Positions 37,241-38,730 of a stretch of DNA of 38,730 bases are shown here, in pieces. The DNA is taken from contig JAZRSI010000019.1 of the NCBI GenBank assembly GCA_045651445.1, forward strand, positions 1-38,730, given 5' to 3'. The notes under the pieces were generated by a model that searched no databases, was not told the DNA's origin, and worked only from the letters and a program-made list of their open reading frames with translations. The stretch comes from Candidatus Enterousia sp. Lineage in GTDB: Bacteria > Pseudomonadota > Alphaproteobacteria > Rs-D84. Within the stretch, counting starts at the first letter, position 1; each line of letters opens with the position of its first letter. The position numbers and the translations under genes are program-made.

Positions 37241-38623
37241 ATGGATAATTTTATTGATGATATTTTTGCAGATGAATATTCTGGATATAAATCTGGAAAT
37301 CGTTATAAAAATGGATTAGATGGCGTTGTATTTGCTGATACGGGGACGATTGCTCGGACAATCAATACGTTAAGTGATTTGTTTGTTGAATGGTATTTGT
37401 TTGATTCAACACATGAAAAAACAATAGAAAGTTTTTTGTTCGAAGAAGGCTTGGCAGATGTTTTTACGGTTGCGCAATTTATGGATTTGATGTGCGGTAA
37501 CGCAAGGCTTGATGATGGCTTGGTTTCTTTGGTGTTAAAAAAATTGCCCTTCCCCATTACATTGAATAAAATTTCAAAATTAAATGTGTATTCTTATGAA
37601 AAATATACTGTTTCAATTGATGGGAATTTGTTAAGGGTCAAGATAGCTGAAATCGCGCAAAAAAAAGAACAAAAAAGAAAAGAAAATTGGAAAAAATATT
37701 ATGCCGAAAATCGCGAAAAAATTATAGCGCAAAATATAAAATGGGGGAAAAATAATCCGGAAAAAGTTGCGAAATATCTTGCCAGATGGCGGGAAAAGAA
37801 TCGTGAATACATATTACAGCTTGCGCGTGAAAGATACAAAAAACACAAAGAAATTTGGGAAAAATATTATGCCGAAAATCGTGAACGGATTTTAGATGTG
37901 CAACATAAGTATTATGAACTGAATTCTGAAAAAATAAAAGAACGTGTTAGGGTGTGGGAGAAAAACAATAAAGAATATTGCCGTCAACGGGCAAAAAAAT
38001 ATCGTGAAAAAGATCGTGAAAAATATATCGAACGTTCGCGCAAATATTACGAAGAACACAAAGAAAAACAAAAAGAATATATGAAAAAATGGCGTGAAGC
38101 GCATCCTGATTACGGCAAGGAGTATCGTGAAAAACATCAGGAAAAATGTAGGGAATACGCCAGAAATAACTATAAAAAGAATCGTGAAAAAATAAATGAA
38201 TATTCTAAAGAATACTGGAAAAAACATCCTGAAAAAAGGCGTGAAAGATATTTGCGCAGCCTTACGCCAGATGGCAAGGTGCCAGATGCGGAATTAAAAA
38301 AAATAAAAGAACGCAATTTACAATATAAACAAGACAAGGAAATAGCGGTACAAATATGTCCTGTGTTTCAATTCTTGGAATCTGTTCGAATAAAAAAGAC
38401 GGAACTGTATTTGGAATATTTCAAAAAAAACGAGGTTGTTGCAACCAAGGCAAAACGAAATTGTGCGGCGTTGCAGTCTGGGGATGCGTCGTTATGTCCA
38501 ATTTGTTCTGGTGGATTAAGTTTAGAACAAATGCGTGAAAAATGCCCAATTGACAAGGCCTTTGAATTAAAAAATGTGTGTGATGAAATAAATAAAATAG
38601 TGGCAACTATTAAATCGCGATAG
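37241..38623 (+). CDS. Hypothetical protein with long Tyr/Lys/Glu/Arg helical repeats and C-terminal Cys cluster
   Basis: 460 aa; repeated [KR]Y[YR]E.[NH][RKP]E units; C-terminal CP...C...CPIC...CP. Confidence 0.8.
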   Translation: MDNFIDDIFADEYSGYKSGNRYKNGLDGVVFADTGTIARTINTLSDLFVEWYLFDSTHEKTIESFLFEEGLADVFTVAQFMDLMCGNARLDDGLVSLVLKKLPFPITLNKISKLNVYSYEKYTVSIDGNLLRVKIAEIAQKKEQKRKENWKKYYAENREKIIAQNIKWGKNNPEKVAKYLARWREKNREYILQLARERYKKHKEIWEKYYAENRERILDVQHKYYELNSEKIKERVRVWEKNNKEYCRQRAKKYREKDREKYIERSRKYYEEHKEKQKEYMKKWREAHPDYGKEYREKHQEKCREYARNNYKKNREKINEYSKEYWKKHPEKRRERYLRSLTPDGKVPDAELKKIKERNLQYKQDKEIAVQICPVFQFLESVRIKKTELYLEYFKKNEVVATKAKRNCAALQSGDASLCPICSGGLSLEQMREKCPIDKAFELKNVCDEINKIVATIKSR

Positions 38624-38681
38624 TTTTTTATGCTGGACATTGGGTGTTTTTTGATATAGTATTTCGTGCATAGTTTTTATC

Positions 38682-38730
38682 GCGGGCGTGGTATAATGGT
38701 AGCACGTCAGCTTCCCAAGCTGAAGACGAG
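38682..38730 (+). tRNA. tRNA-Gly(CCC), truncated by the window end
   Basis: GCGGGCG acceptor 5' strand, TGGTATAATGGTAGCAC D arm, TCAGC-TTCCCAA-GCTGA anticodon arm. Confidence 0.93.

Noticed and set aside
36871-37319. ORFs 36990-37319, 37037-37234 and 36871-37215 as separate genes
   Set aside because: Fragments or antisense of the disrupted HNH gene.
36813-38730. tRNA-integrated island or prophage
   Set aside because: The genes lie 5' of the tRNA; no integrase or duplicated tRNA fragment was seen.

Overview
AT-rich (roughly 40% GC by eye), densely coding chromosomal segment of an alphaproteobacterium. Support: gcrA, an alpha-type EnvZ/OmpR pair, ruvB-ybgC-tolQRA synteny and an RpoH-type dnaK promoter. 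Shortened proteins, broken operons and Cys-rich exported proteins suggest a genome-reduced, host-associated lineage (by recollection Rs-D84/'Ca. Enterousia'-like; not verified). Housekeeping genes: gcrA, thyA, tig, rpsI, rplM, argS, ruvB, ybgC, tolQRA, rnpB, secA, dnaE, rsmH, dnaK, pfkA, a LysM protein and a partial tRNA-Gly(CCC). Highlights: (1) an unannotated CxxC membrane protein and partner gene directly upstream of large exported proteins with even Cys counts, a candidate new thiol-redox/disulfide module; (2) a doubly disrupted HNH nuclease gene missed by the ORF track, followed by a Tyr/Lys/Glu helical-repeat protein; (3) a 31-bp palindromic duplication of the rpsI 3' end that resembles an att scar; (4) a minimal RNase P RNA apparently lacking P13/P14; (5) an ACP fused to a Cys-rich tail; (6) an alpha/beta hydrolase lacking its catalytic triad; (7) a tol operon without tolB/pal; (8) a GTCATTCC-ended miniature repeat. 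All calls come from reading the sequence; no database searches were run.
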